Assembly: GCA_951406725.2 (NCBI GenBank) | Contig: OX597830.1 | Span: 66,278,001 to 66,342,000, forward strand | Direction: 5' to 3' | DNA from: Octopus vulgaris | Lineage: Eukaryota | Length of the DNA stretch: 64,000 nt | In this document: positions 41,124 to 53,337 of the stretch, piece after piece | Layout: every line of letters begins with the position of its first letter | Position numbering within the stretch: position 1 is the first letter of the stretch | The notes under the pieces: generated by a model | Seen by the model: only the letters and a program-made list of their open reading frames with translations | Told to the model about the DNA's origin: nothing | Databases searched by the model: none | Program-made: the position numbers and the translations under genes

Positions 41124-41487
41124 AGGCGCAGGCATGGCTGTGTGGTAAGAAGCTTGCTTCCTAACCACATGGCTCCAGGTTCAGTTCCACTGCATGGCAC
41201 CTTGAGCAAGTGACTTCTACTATAACCTTGGGCTGACCAAAACCTTATGAACGGATTTGGTAGACGGAAACTGAAAGGAGCCCATCATATATATATATAT
41301 GTATGTATATATTTGTATGTTTATGTCTGTGTTTGTCCCATCGCTTAGCGGTTCAACAAAAGTGACCGATAGAATAAGTACCAGGCCTACAAAGAATAAG
41401 TCCAGGGGGTCAATATCTTCGACTAAAAGGTAGTGCTCTAGCATGGCCACACTCAAAAATGACTGAAACAAATAAAAGAATAAAAGA

Positions 41488-41490
<3 letters not shown>
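41124..41490 (+). mobile_element. SINE family A, directly upstream of the Penelope insertion
   Basis: Head and tail present, internal deletion. Confidence 0.85.
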
Positions 41491-41518
<28 letters not shown>

Positions 41519-41527
41519 TGTGTGTCT

Positions 41528-41576
<49 letters not shown>

Positions 41577-41578
<2 letters not shown>

Positions 41579-43028
41579 AAGTTTCATCAGGGATGACATC
41601 GACTTCCTGTCCCATCTTCCCAAAACAACAGAAACAAATTCAGTTTTACTAAGTTTTGATGTGGTAAGCCTCTACACCAATATTCCACACGATTTAGGAA
41701 TAAAGGCGATTAAATACTGGTTAGAAAAACATAGAGAAGTGATTCCCAGCAGATTCACAGTGCCATTTATATTAGACACAGTCAAACTTATTCTAGAAAA
41801 TAACACATTCTTCTTCAATGGAAAGAATTACATCCAAATTAGAGGCACGGCGATGGGAACGAGGTTTGCTCCCGTTTACGCCAACTCTGTAATGGGATAC
41901 TTAGAAGAACAACTCTACCAAGAGGTGGAGGTAAACTATGGCACTGGATTTAGAAAGTATATTGAAAAGGCATGGAAGAGATACCTAGACGACTGTTTCA
42001 TAATCTGGACAGAATCTCTAAATACTCTGGAAGAGTTCAATATCCTCCTGAACAACCTACACCCATCTCTCAAATTTACAAAGGAGATGAGTAGTACCAA
42101 ATTACCATTCCTGGATATAATGGTAATTAAAAAAGACACCACCATCACCACAGATATATACTATAAACACACAGACACACATCAATACCTAAATTTTAAG
42201 TCGTGCCATCCACCACATACAAAACGTAACATCCCATACTGCCTAGCCAGAAGAATTTGTACTATTGTAGAAGATGCAAATATCAGGAACAAACGCCTAA
42301 TAGAACTAAGAGAATTTTTGCTCAAACAAAAATACCCATCTCTACTTATAGAAAATGGCATACAGCGGGCTATAAAAATACCTATACAACAACTTAGGAC
42401 AACCCAAGGAAGAGGAAAACAAGAACAAGTCATACCATTCATAGTGACACACAACCCATGTCACCAGAATATCTTCAACATTGCCAAAGCAAACCTACCA
42501 ATCATTGCCCAAAGTAATGAATTAAAAGACATAATCAAGGATCGAGCTATGGTGCTTAGTAAAAGACAGCCTAAAAACTTGAAAACATTACTAACAAAGG
42601 CAAAATTTGACCTCAGCAACAAAGACCAAACATTCACGGTATCTAAATGCAATGATAGCCGATGTGGCACATGCCAATTCATACATACCGGTCAATATAT
42701 AAACACAAAAACCGGGAAAATATTCACAAACGCGAATATGAACTGCAAAAGCAGAAATTTAATTTACTGCATCAAATGCCCAAATTGTGAAGAAATATAT
42801 GTAGGTCAGACGGGAAACGCACTATTAGAACGCTCACGTGTACACCGGCAACAGATTAGAGACCCAGAGGTCCGTCAGATACCTTTGAGTAACCACCTAG
42901 CAACATGTGGTCGGAAAATATATATAATATTTCCATTCTACAAATTACACAGCCCAAGTGAAATCGAGAGGAAAATCAGAGAAAAGAATTTTATTGATAA
43001 ATTCGAACCCAAGCTAAATAAGCAATAA
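41577..43028 (+). CDS. Penelope-like element (probably Neptune clade) RT-GIY-YIG polyprotein, 5'-truncated, uninterrupted frame
   Basis: ORF 41520-43028, whose first ~19 codons are a (TA)n artefact. RT motifs LLSFDVVSLYTNIP, GTAMGTRFAPVYAN, RYLDD, LPFLD. Cys linker KCNDSRCGTC. GIY-YIG domain LIYCIKCPNCEEIYVGQT...R..H...E...LN. Confidence 0.95.
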
Positions 43029-43342
43029 TAATAATACTTAGAGGTATTACTTCCACTGCTACGACCATGACCACTAACAACAACAACAATACTAAAGGTG
43101 ATCAAGACGAAGATAGCAGGAAAATTATCTTATTTAGGGTTAAAAGTTCTATTGCCACCACCATCACCACTAGCAACAATAATTAAGGTGCTGACAATGA
43201 TGATGATGACAATTGAAATATAAAAATATAAAAATCTCTGACAAAGGATATTTACAACATTTCTAAAAATAACCCAACAATTGCTGCTTCGGCCAGGGTC
43301 AAGATACAGGACTCTTGACCTGTCCAACAAAGCGTGATGCCT

Positions 43343-43460
43343 AAACCAATCAGCTCAACCAACCAATCAGCTTAAGTAATTGAGTGATACTACACACTGA
43401 TTGGTCAGAATACAGTTTGCAAAACCTAGCACTCTGGAGCCTACCCAGCTGTATTTATAG
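43343..43460 (+). promoter_or_regulatory. Putative pLTR promoter of the Penelope element
   Basis: ccaatcagc twice (~43346, ~43363), inverted ctgattggt (~43397), and tatttatag (~43452), about 70 nt upstream of the HHR. Confidence 0.5.
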
Positions 43461-43522
43461 CACAGAATCACTCATCTTGCTACAGTCAAAAATTGTGAAG
43501 CATGACTGTCAACACTACTACA

Positions 43523-43567
43523 TGAACCCGAAGATTGCAGAATTCAATGCATGAAAGTACTAGTTCA
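43523..43567 (+). ncRNA. Minimal type-I hammerhead ribozyme (CCGAAGA core variant) in the Penelope 3' region
   Basis: tgaac-CCGAAGA-t-tgca(gaattcaa)tgca-t-GAAA-gtac-TA-gttca. Stem I is 5 bp, stem II 4 bp, stem III the palindrome AGTACT. Confidence 0.8.
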
Positions 43568-43729
43568 ATCAGAATGAATATTTAACATTCTACTATTTCA
43601 TTTTATTTTATTCAATTATAATATATTATCTTATAATATATCATTATAAGATTGTAAATAAAACGTGAAAATCAGACAAGGTTGGAATTCTTTTTATTAA
43701 TATATTCTTCTATACACAATCACACACAC

Positions 43730-43768
<39 letters not shown>

Positions 43769-44177
43769 TATGTATATTTATTACAAAATAACAGCGAAAC
43801 AAAACCCTGCTAATGCACCAGGAATTGATTGTCTTCAGAGTACAAATATCAAGTGTACAACTAACATCTAGTATAACTAATCATCATCACCATCGTCATC
43901 TTCATCATCGTCGTAATCATCATTTGATATTGATCTTTTATGCTGGCATGGGTTGGATGCTTTGACTGGCTCCAATGAGGCAGGGAAATATATCAGGCTC
44001 TAGTGTCTGTTAATATCTTAAAATCTATGAATATCTACTGTATGACTACAAAGCTTGTCTGAAATCTTTTATTGGTGTAAAAGTGAAAAAAAACCCAAAA
44101 AAACAATGGACAAAAGTTTTTCATTATTTACATTATTTACATTTGATGGATATTTGTCCTCATCTTGTTTGTTGTTA

Positions 44178-44221
44178 ACGCAACGTTTCGGCTGATATAC
44201 CCTCCAGCCTTCTTCAGGTGT
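44178..44221 (-). ncRNA. Minimal hammerhead, canonical CTGAAGA core
   Basis: Minus strand: acac-CTGAAGA-a-ggctg(gagggtatat)cagcc-GAAA-cg-TT-gcgt. Confidence 0.75.
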
Positions 44222-44279
44222 CTGAGAACCCAGGTTCGAAATTTCTCCAAGACACCTGAAGACGATGAAGACAAATATC

Positions 44280-44475
44280 GGCGATCCTTCGGTATAGGTA
44301 CCGTAAGTACCTGAAGTGGCTTTGTTTACATTTCTGAAGATAACAGAAACCCTTTTCTCCCACCCCTAACCCTAACCCTAACACAAACCCTAACCCCACC
44401 GCCCCATATATATATAAAAAAAACACTTTCTTGAAATGTATCCGGTACTTCCGGTACCTATATCGAAGTTACGCC
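44280..44475. mobile_element. Merlin-like MITE with 8-bp TSD and internal (CCCTAA)n
   Basis: TSD caaatatc (44272-44279, 44476-44483). Imperfect ~32-bp TIRs starting GG (ggcgatccttcggtataggtaccgtaagtacc vs ggcgtaacttcgatataggtaccggaagtacc). Confidence 0.75.
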
Positions 44476-44742
44476 CAAATATCCATCGAATGTAAATAAT
44501 GTACATAATTCCTCATCTCTTAAATATAGAACTGAAAAGTTTTTCAATTTCATTCTTTCTTCTCTTTAAACCATTGCTTCCATAAGACAAAATAATGACA
44601 AAAAAACTATTAGTGACTTAATGACCTTTAGAGCTAGAGGAAAATTCAGTTTAATTTTTTTTCCAGCCAGATGACCAGTGCTTTTGTTGACCAATGGGAA
44701 AGTGTATAAAGTGTAAATATTTCCTTGTTGCTTAAGTACACA

Positions 44743-44969
44743 TTAACCCTTTAGTATTTAAACCGGCCATATCCGGCCAAAATATTTAATCTGTTTTATG
44801 TTCAAACTGACCAGATCCAGGCTCTCACACCTACCCTACAATGTTATTCTACATTAAGTAATTACACCATCAAGATCTTGAAGATATGAGATAATGCATG
44901 ATTAATTCAAATCAATGGGAATCAATAGGCATTATGTTTGATTGAATAATCAGAACACTAAAGGGTTAA
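44743..44969. mobile_element. piggyBac-like MITE
   Basis: TTAA-CCCTTTAG...CTAAAGGG-TTAA; near-identical inverted copy at 55474-55700. Confidence 0.85.
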
Positions 44970-45239
44970 CCCGTTTACTGTAGAAATCAGAATTATCCAC
45001 TCAAAATTTCATTACCCTTAACTGCAGAAAGCAGTTTGGTATATTGATCTATGTTTTGTTGAAGAATGTCACGTTTGAAACTATTTTCTTAAGCCATGTC
45101 AAGTTTTGGCACAAAGCCATCCATTTCAGGGGAGGGAGTAAATTGATTACATCGACCCCTGTGTTCATTTGGTACTTATTTTATTGACCCTGAAAGGACG
45201 AAAGGCAAAGTTGACCTTTTCTTGTTTTTTTGTTTTTGT

Positions 45240-45541
45240 TTTTATTCCTTCTCGAGCCATGCCTGGCTCATAAGGGCCGGTTTCCTGGTTTCTTGGCGTA
45301 TAGGTTCCCCACCTGGTCGGGACACCAGTCTGTTGCAGGTGAGCTGCAAGATGCAAGAAGAAAGAGCGAGAGAAAGTTGTGGAGAAAGAGTCAGCAGAAG
45401 TTCGCCATTACCTTCTGCTGGAGCCACATGGAGCTTAGGTGTTTTTGCTCATAAACACACACATCGCCCGGTCTGAGATTCGAACCGGCAATCCCTCGAC
45501 CGCAAGTCCGCTGCTCTAACCACTAGGCCATGTGCCTCCAC
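45240..45541 (-). mobile_element. SINE family D-related head with a family-E tail, nested in a SINE B
   Basis: Head gtggaggcacatggcctagtggttagagcagcgg; tail gaaaccggcccttatgagccaggcatggctcgagaagg. Confidence 0.75.
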
Positions 45542-45804
45542 CTTGGTGGAATTTGACCTTGGTGGAATTTGAACTCAGAATGTTAAAAATGAATGAGATG
45601 CTGCCAAGCATTTTGCCCAGCGTGTTAACGATTCTGTCAGCTCATCACCTCACATGTCAAATTTATTGAGGTAATGTGACTTACAGAAAATATCAGTTCT
45701 ATTTTTTGGTAGATATTTAGAATTATTGCTGGAATAACCATGAAATTTAATCTTGTAATGAAAGGGTTAGCACTCTAGATTCTTAGACTTTTTAGAACAG
45801 AATA

Positions 45805-46300
45805 TTATGACTGGCCCTGGGAAGAATATATGGAGGAGGTTCATGAGAGGAAGCTTGCTAACCTTTCAGCAATCATATTTCTCTGTCAAACGAAAAGCTT
45901 CTTTATTCACATTAATATAAATTAGTCATAACTTATCTTGTAGCTTTGAGATCTCAGTGACATGATTGCTTATTTTTAGAATAATATTCTAGGGTAAGTG
46001 TGAGAGGCCTTATCTGGCCTGCTTGAAGATAAAACAGGTAGATTATTATCACCAGATATAGCCAGTGTAAATGCTAAAGGGTAAAATACCAGGAGTAGGT
46101 ATAACAGTGCAGAAACTAGGGCTCTCAGGGACGTTATGACGCAATTGAAATGGGCTGCTGGGGTTTTGTGGGGCTTTCATTCTGCAAAGATCTGACTGGG
46201 CTTGGGTGTTGCTAGTGCAGCAAAGAGGAAGGCCATAAGTTTCATTACTGAAGCTGCGAAGAAGGCTTTTAGGTGCCTCTGGACAAAAAGGGGACAGCTC
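45805..46300 (+). pseudogene. Decayed RLE-type (HERO-like) endonuclease C-terminus
   Basis: PWEEYMEEVHERKLA [MITE] KYQE...IEMGCWGFVG...LGVASAAKRKAISFITEAAKKAFRCLWTKRG. Confidence 0.75.
45858..46085. mobile_element. Decayed piggyBac-like MITE inserted in a LINE remnant
   Basis: Internal homology to 55474-55700 (gggtaagtgtgagaggcc...aatgctaaagggt). Confidence 0.65.
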
Positions 46301-46691
46301 AGTGATTTGCTGTTATCGGGACGTAAGCTTTGCCTTGAGGAACTTTTAGTCAAATGTATTGACCCCAGTACTTACTTTTTTAAAAGCCTGGTACTTATTC
46401 TATTGGTCACTGTTGCTGAACTGCTAAGTTACAGGGGCATAAACACACCAGTACCAGTTATCAGGGGGTGATGGTGGGGGACAAACATGGACACAAAGAC
46501 ACACACACACATAGATACAGGATGTATCCATATATATGATGGGCTTCTTTCAGTTTTCTTCTGCTGAATCCACTCATATGGCTTTGGTTGGTCCAAGGCT
46601 ATAGTAAAAGACATTTGCCCAAGGTCCACTCAGTGGAACTGAACCGGAACTATATGTTTGTGAAGCAAGTGTCTTACCACACAACCATACC

Positions 46692-46723
<32 letters not shown>

Positions 46724-46730
46724 TACATAC

Positions 46731-46777
<47 letters not shown>

Positions 46778-46811
46778 GGAGTAAACACATAAATGTGAAA
46801 CAAGGTGGAAA

Positions 46812-46846
46812 TCCGATGAACGGCCACGGGAAACTCAGAGTAACAG
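46812..46846 (+). ncRNA. Minimal hammerhead (CCGATGA variant) whose 5' stem I is cut by an inversion junction
   Basis: t-CCGATGA-acggccacgg-GAAA-ctcagag-TA-acag; same family as 19560-19597. Confidence 0.6.
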
Positions 46847-46878
46847 GTTTTGTTGAATTTTCTGCTGCTTTAAATAAA

Positions 46879-46917
<39 letters not shown>

Positions 46918-47091
46918 CATACACACACATGTTAGGCTTCATTAGTATAGCTATTTCAAACCTTTAATCATACACCTATAATGAAAAATTGAAAGAAAAA
47001 AAAAATTTTTCTCAAGTTATTCTGGGAAACATTACTAATTTTATTAATGTCTCATCTTTTAGAAACCTATTTAAAATATTTTTTTTTCCAG

Positions 47092-47300
47092 ATCAGTCTA
47101 ATCTAGCTGCTCAGGATGATGCTAAGCTGATTACCAAGAGTAGATTATACTCCACCCCCCCTCTTGGTTGCATGTTTGCACTTTACAAGCTGTATCCGAC
47201 TCAAGCAAAGTTGCGTTGCATTCCTTAAACTTTCTTTCCTTATCACAGAAAGTTTCATATTTTCTCTTCTTCCTGCCACGACCTCTCCAGAAATTTTGAT
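47092..47300 (+). other. Candidate non-coding (5' UTR or lncRNA) exon
   Basis: Acceptor tttttttttccag| and donor gat|gtaagt around unique sequence; stops occur in all three frames. Confidence 0.4.
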
Positions 47301-47650
47301 GTAAGTTGATTAAAATAGTGATATGAAGGGGTATTTGAATTTAATTTTTGTAAATTTTGTGTTTTGCTTTTTTACTGAAATAGTAGCTGGGAAGTTAATG
47401 ATTTAAAAATGATGAATTTTAATTTGGTTTCTAGAGCTGATTCTTGTCTTCATCCATCATTTATTTATTTCTTTTACTCTTGTTTTTTCTGGGTTTTTTT
47501 TCCATACCGGCATGGGTTTGAGGTATACTTATTATCGAGGTGTTATTTTACACAGCTGGATTCCTTCCTTATAACTAACCCTTTCCAGGTGAGGGTTAGT
47601 GATAAGTAGGGTATCCAGCTGTAAAATAGTATTGTAATAGTGAAAGCGTA

Positions 47651-47905
47651 GAGGTGCATGGCTTAGTGGTTAGGGTGTCAGCATCAGGATCATAAGATTG
47701 TGGTTTCGATTCCTTGATCGGGCGACGCGTTGTGTTCTTGAGCAAAACACTTCATTTCACGTTGCTCCAGTCCACTCAGCTGGCGAAAATGAGTAACGCC
47801 ACGATGGACTGGCATCCCGTCCAGCTTGGGAACACATATGCCATGGAAACCGGGAAACCGGGCCCATGAGCCTGGTTAGGCTTTAAAAGGGCGCATTTAT
47901 TATTT
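47651..47905 (+). mobile_element. SINE family E (tRNA-derived)
   Basis: tggcttagtggttagg...ggtttcgattcc...gttgctccagtccactcagctggc. Relatives at 20585-20812, 29058-29207, 30475-30724, 34105-34385, 50335-50640 and 61185-61965. Confidence 0.8.
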
Positions 47906-48384
47906 TTGAATAGTGATAGCATCATTGTCCAATGGCTGAAACAAGTAAAAGAACATAAAAAAAAATAAACAAAATAATACCATGTGCCATGTTTTCCAAA
48001 CTATCTTTGTTTAAGGTAGTAGGTTATGAGGTAAATTTGGCTACCATTTCTTGCAGGTTGAATGACCTTATAGAGGATACATCTACTGTTATTGTTATTG
48101 TTGGAAATGGAGTTGTACACAGTAACTCTTTTGGTGGAGGATTGGATAATAAGTGAAATTCAGCTTCTTCAGTGAACACTTTCAGACTGCAACCATACTG
48201 GGGTACCGATTCAAAGAATTTTTAGTTGAATGAATCGAACCTAGAACTTATTTTTAAGGCCTGGTACTTATTCTATCAGTCTCTGTTTACAGATATGTAC
48301 ACACATGAACACTGACTGTCAAGCAGTGATGGGCAACAAACACACACACACACACACACACATCACACACACACACACACACAT

Positions 48385-48421
<37 letters not shown>

Positions 48422-48968
48422 GCAATGGGCTTCTTTTAGTTTCCGCTTACCCAATACACTCACAAAGTTGGTTGACCTTCAGGATAACCTACTTTGTGAG
48501 TCTGTAACAATGTATATCTTCTTGAAAATTCAGTAACTTCTAAACTGGAGTGAGACAGCATGTTCTTTGTCTATCTTCTTAATTTCTTGGAGATTTTAGG
48601 TATAATTATACTAATGTGTCCATCTGTTCTAATTTAATTAAATTCTATGTCTTTGAGCAGCTGAAGATTGCTCTGCATTTTAAACTGATTTAATGATTGG
48701 ATTAGGAGACAATATTTAAAAGCTGCAAAGGTGGCAAGCTGGCAGAATCATTAGCACACTGGGAAAAATGTCTAGTGGCATTTCATTCATCTTTACATTC
48801 TGAGTTCAAATGCTGCTGGGGCCGACTTTGCTTTCGTCCTTTCAGTGGTCAATAAAATAAGTATGACTTGGGCACTGGGATTGATGTAATTGACTTACCC
48901 CTCCCCCCATGAAATTGCAGGCCTTGAGCCAAAATTTGAAACCATTATGATAATTATTATTATTATTA

Positions 48969-50012
48969 ATACCTCTGCCTTCTCTGCCTTAGCGAAGGCA
49001 GAGGTATTGTTTTCAGTCATGTTTGTTTGTTTGCTTGTTTGTCCATGGACAAGATATCTCAAGAACTGCTGGATGGATTTGGGTGAAACTTTCAGGGATG
49101 TTTGGCCTCATAACTGGCATGAATTGATAAGATTTGGGGATCAAACCAGTATCAGACAAGGATTCCGGATTATTTGTTACATTTACTTTACATGATTGCA
49201 ATCTTATGTTGACTTTCAAGTCTTTCTCAATTATCTCCCTTTAGGACGTTTCCAAAGTTTTATTTTCATTTCTCAATTAATAATTTTACTCGCATCTTTA
49301 TCTTAGTAGAAACTGATGGGTAAAGAAATCAAACCACATAAACAAATGACAGCAAAACCATTCAGAATTTAAATAACACTAACATACTTTTATGACACAT
49401 ATTATATATTATATATACATATTAACACTTTACAGTATACTTACATATATACATACATCTATACATCAATCTAAAACAACAGGAATATTAAAGGAAGGCC
49501 AGAATTTAAGAGAAGACAAAACCAAAAGGCCTCAAGCTATTCATTTAAAAATACCTGAGTAGAATTTGTTATTACCTTCACCTTTGAAACTATTTTGAAT
49601 GGTGAATTAGTTAACTTTGGCTTGTATTAAATAAAGATAAACTATTTATTGTGAGATATACTTGCCTTCTCAATATGGCTAACCACTAAGGGTGGGTGTT
49701 ACTGTAGCTTGTAGCCCCAGGAGAACATCATCTTTAGCATTTATTTATTACTGTTACTAAATTTTCTACAGCCACCTTTACATTCCATGACTACCATTGG
49801 GATCTATCAGGTACCAGAGAAGGATTCTGGATTATTTTTCTGTTTTTTTACATAATTTTAAAGAGCAGTCAGGTTCATTTTTAATATTCTCGTTTGTGAG
49901 AGCAGTCGAGTTTATTTAAGATATTCTCATTTTAAAAATCATCTCCAGCTAATCGTTGAGAGGATGTTGGTGTTGCCTTGGCAGAGGTTTGCACACCCTG
50001 AGTGCTCTTGTT
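48969..50012 (+). mobile_element. Helentron/DINE-1-like non-autonomous rolling-circle element
   Basis: 5' acctctgcc...ggcagaggt hairpin, (GTTT)n tract, 3' sub-terminal ggcagaggt plus stem-loop gcac-accctga-gtgc. Inserted in (TTA)n. Duplicated ggattc(c/t)ggattattt flanks an internal insert. Confidence 0.7.
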
Positions 50013-50765
50013 ATTATTATTATTATTATTAAAGTGATGAGCTGGCTGAATTGTTAGCGCACTGGACAAAATGCTTAGAGACAGTTCATCTGTTTTATGT
50101 TCTGAGCTCAAATTCTGCTATGGTCAACCTTGCCTTTCATTCTTTCGGGGTTGATAAAATAAGTACCTGCTGAGTACTGGGATCAATATAATCAACTTAC
50201 CTCTTCCCTCGAACTTGCTGGCCTTGTGCCAAAATTTGAAACCAATATTTAATAGCTATCACAACCAGAGTTCTATACTTCTCTCATTTAATATGTTAAT
50301 TGTTTTACAAATCAAGAAAAAAAAAAAAACTAGTACTGAGTCGGTTATGACAACGAGGGTTCCAGTCGATCTGATCAACAGAACAGCCTGCTCATGAAAT
50401 TAATGTGCATGTGGCTGAGCACTCCACAGACATGTGTACTCTTAATGTAGTTCCCAGGGAGAGTCAGTGTGACACAGAGTGTGACAAGGCCGGCCCTTTG
50501 AAATACAGGTGCCACTCATTTTTGCCAGCTGAGTGAACTGGAGCAATGTGAGATAAAGTGACTTGCTCAAGGACACAATGCATTGCTGGGAATTGAACTC
50601 TGACCTTATGATCGGGAGCCAAATACCCCAACCACTAGGTGACGTACCTTCGATGTACAAATCAACAACAGGAACAAATACATCATCAACTCTTCGTTGT
50701 CATTTACCTTTAGAGGTATTGGCAGTTTCCTTGTACATTTTTCTATTTAATGTTTGGTGTGGAGT

Positions 50766-51195
50766 AAGGTGGCAAGTTGGCAGAAACATTAGCATGCCGG
50801 GCAAAATGCTTAGCGGTATTTCGTCTGTCTTTACATTCTGAGTTCAAATTCCACTGAGGTCAACTTTGCCTTTCATCCTTTTGGGGTTGATAAATTAAGT
50901 ACCAGTTACACACTGGAGTTGATGTAATCGACTTAAACTCTTTGTCTGTCCTTGTTTGCCCCCTCTATGTTTAGCCCCTTGTGGGCAATAAAGAAATAAG
51001 AAACATTAGCATGCCAGGCAAAATGCTTAGTATTTTGTCTGTCTTTACGTTCTGAATTCAAATTCCACCGAGGTCAACTTTGCCTTTCATCTTTCGGGAT
51101 CAATAAATTAAGTACCAGTTGCATACTGGGGTCGTTCTAATCCACTGGCCCTCTCCCCCCAAATTTCAGGCCTTGTGCCTTTTGTAGAAAAGAAT
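50766..51195 (+). mobile_element. SINE family B dimer with two different tails
   Basis: First tail gtctgtccttgtttg...; second tail ccctctcccccaaatttcaggccttgtgcc. Confidence 0.8.
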
Positions 51196-51762
51196 GTTTG
51201 GTCTGGAGTAAGGGGTTGTGCTCATCTCATTCCCTTCACAGGCCTTTTGAGATTTTGCTTTTGGCTCTTGAGAAATAATTTTGGTTAGCTTCATATTAAT
51301 GGATGTCATTAATGTTAAGAAGACTTTTTATTCTATGAACTAAACATTCATAGATAATTGTTTACTCTTTCTCTTTTCTTTTTTTTAATTAAATTCAATA
51401 GGTGTTAGTGTAGGTGTGTGGTTAGGAAGTATGGTTTTAGGTTAGCTCTACAGCAAGTGTATTCTACCCTATAGTCCTGGGCCAACTAATGCCTTGTGAG
51501 TGAATTTGGTATCCGAGCATGGCCGTTTGCCAGCCTCGTCTGGCACCTGTGTTGGTGCATATAAAAAGCACCCACTACACTCACGGAGTAGTTGGCGTTA
51601 GGAAGGGCATCCAACTGTAGAAACACTGCCAGATCAGACTGGGCCTGGTGCAGCCTCCTGGCTTCCAAGACCCCAGTTGAACCGTCCCCATGCTAGCATG
51701 GAAAGCGGACGTTAAACGATGATGATGATGATGATGATATATATATATATGTATGTGTGTGC

Positions 51763-51819
<57 letters not shown>

Positions 51820-52055
51820 TGTGCACGCACGCATTTTTGTTTGTGTTTGTGTATGTCCCGCTACTATTGCTTGACAACTGGACTTGTTTTTAATGTCCCT
51901 GTGACTTAGCAGTTTGGCAAAAGATCTCAATAGAATAAGGACCTGACTTAAAAATAAGTTCTGGGGTAATTAATTTGTTTTACTAAACCCATCAAGGTGA
52001 TACCACAGAGTGGCTGCCATCCAATGACTGAAACAAGATAAAAGATAAATATATA

Positions 52056-52285
52056 CTCTTTTACTCTCTTTACTCTTTTACTTGTTTCAGTCATTTGACT
52101 GTGGTCATGCTGGAGCACCACCTTTAGTGAAGCAAATCGATCCCAGGACTTATTCTTTGTAAGCCCAGTACTTATTCTATTGGTCTCTTTTGCTGAACCG
52201 CTAAGTTACAGGGACGTAAACACACCAGCATTGGTCGTCAAGCAATGCTGGGAGGACTAACACAGACACACAAACATATACACAC

Positions 52286-52336
<51 letters not shown>

Positions 52337-52502
52337 TACGACGGGCTTCTTTCAGTTTCCGTCTACCAAATCCACTCACAAGGCATTGGTCGGCCCGAGG
52401 CTATAGTAGCAGACACTTACCCAAGGTGCCATGCAGTGGGACTGAACCCAGAACCATGTGGCTGGTAAGCAAGCTACTTACCACACAGCCACTCCTGCAC
52501 CT
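52056..52502 (-). mobile_element. SINE family A
   Basis: Full-length homologue. Confidence 0.9.
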
Positions 52503-53337
52503 ATATATATTCTTTTTTTTATAGGATTACTTATACTTTTGAGGGTCCTGGAATATTCCAATTTCTCCAATGCATTTCCTTATGAGACAGTTCACTCATC
52601 TAAACTAAATGTTATATTTCTCCTATTCTCTCCCTTTCCTCTTCTTTCTCTCTCCCAATTCTTTCCATGCAAATACATTAATTTAAATTGCAGCTGAGTG
52701 TTGGGTATATATGTACTGAATCACAATATTTAAACCATTGTTATCTTTGTTCTGTCTCTTTATGAAATTAAACTGTATTTTCCATTCGAAGTATAATTAT
52801 ACTTAACTACCATAATTAATTAATGGTCTAAATGTCCAAAATAATTTGTTGTTCACAAAACTATTAGCAGTTATCTCTAGAGATGATATTTTTTTTAATG
52901 ATATTTATTCCAGTTAAAGCAGTAAGCTGGTGGAATCGTTAACATGCCGGACAAAATGCTTAACGACATTTCATCTGTCCTTACATTCTAAGCTCAAAAT
53001 CTGCCAAGGTCGACTTTGTCTTTCATCCTTTCGGGGTCAATAAAATAAGTACCAGCTGCGCACTGGGGTTGATGAAATTGACTTATCCCCCTCCCCCGAA
53101 ATTGCTGACCTTGTGCGAAAAATTTCAAACCAATATTTACTCTAGTTGAGGAACTGAGCTGGCAGAGTTGTTACCATGCTGGGCAAAATGCTTAGTGGCA
53201 TTTTGTCCAACTACACGTTCCGAGTTCAAATACCCCTGGGTTTGAATGTTCCTTTCATCCTTTCAGGTTCGATGAAATAAGTACCAGTTGAGCACTGAAG
53301 TTGATACAATATATGTATGTATAATATATGTATAATG

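Larger units (their letters stand above)
41577..43730 (+). mobile_element. Penelope-like retroelement copy including its 3' pseudo-LTR region, inserted in (TA)n
   Basis: RT-GIY-YIG ORF, then CCAAT boxes, TATA-like motif, HHR and AT-rich tail. (TA)n tracts on both sides (41490-41576 and 43731-43775). Confidence 0.85.
44124..44534. mobile_element. Fold-back hammerhead mini-element with 12-bp target-site duplication
   Basis: aaaagtttttca at 44112-44123 and 44535-44546. Left arm (44130-44222) is mirrored by gacacctgaaga...gatgaagacaaatatc/catcgaatgtaaataatgta. Confidence 0.7.

Noticed and set aside
41520-41576. N-terminus of the 502-aa ORF
   Set aside because: It is (TA)n microsatellite. The element is 5'-truncated and lacks its own start codon.
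44364-44400. True telomere or chromosome fusion site
   Set aside because: Only a few CCCTAA units, enclosed within a MITE with TIRs and a TSD.
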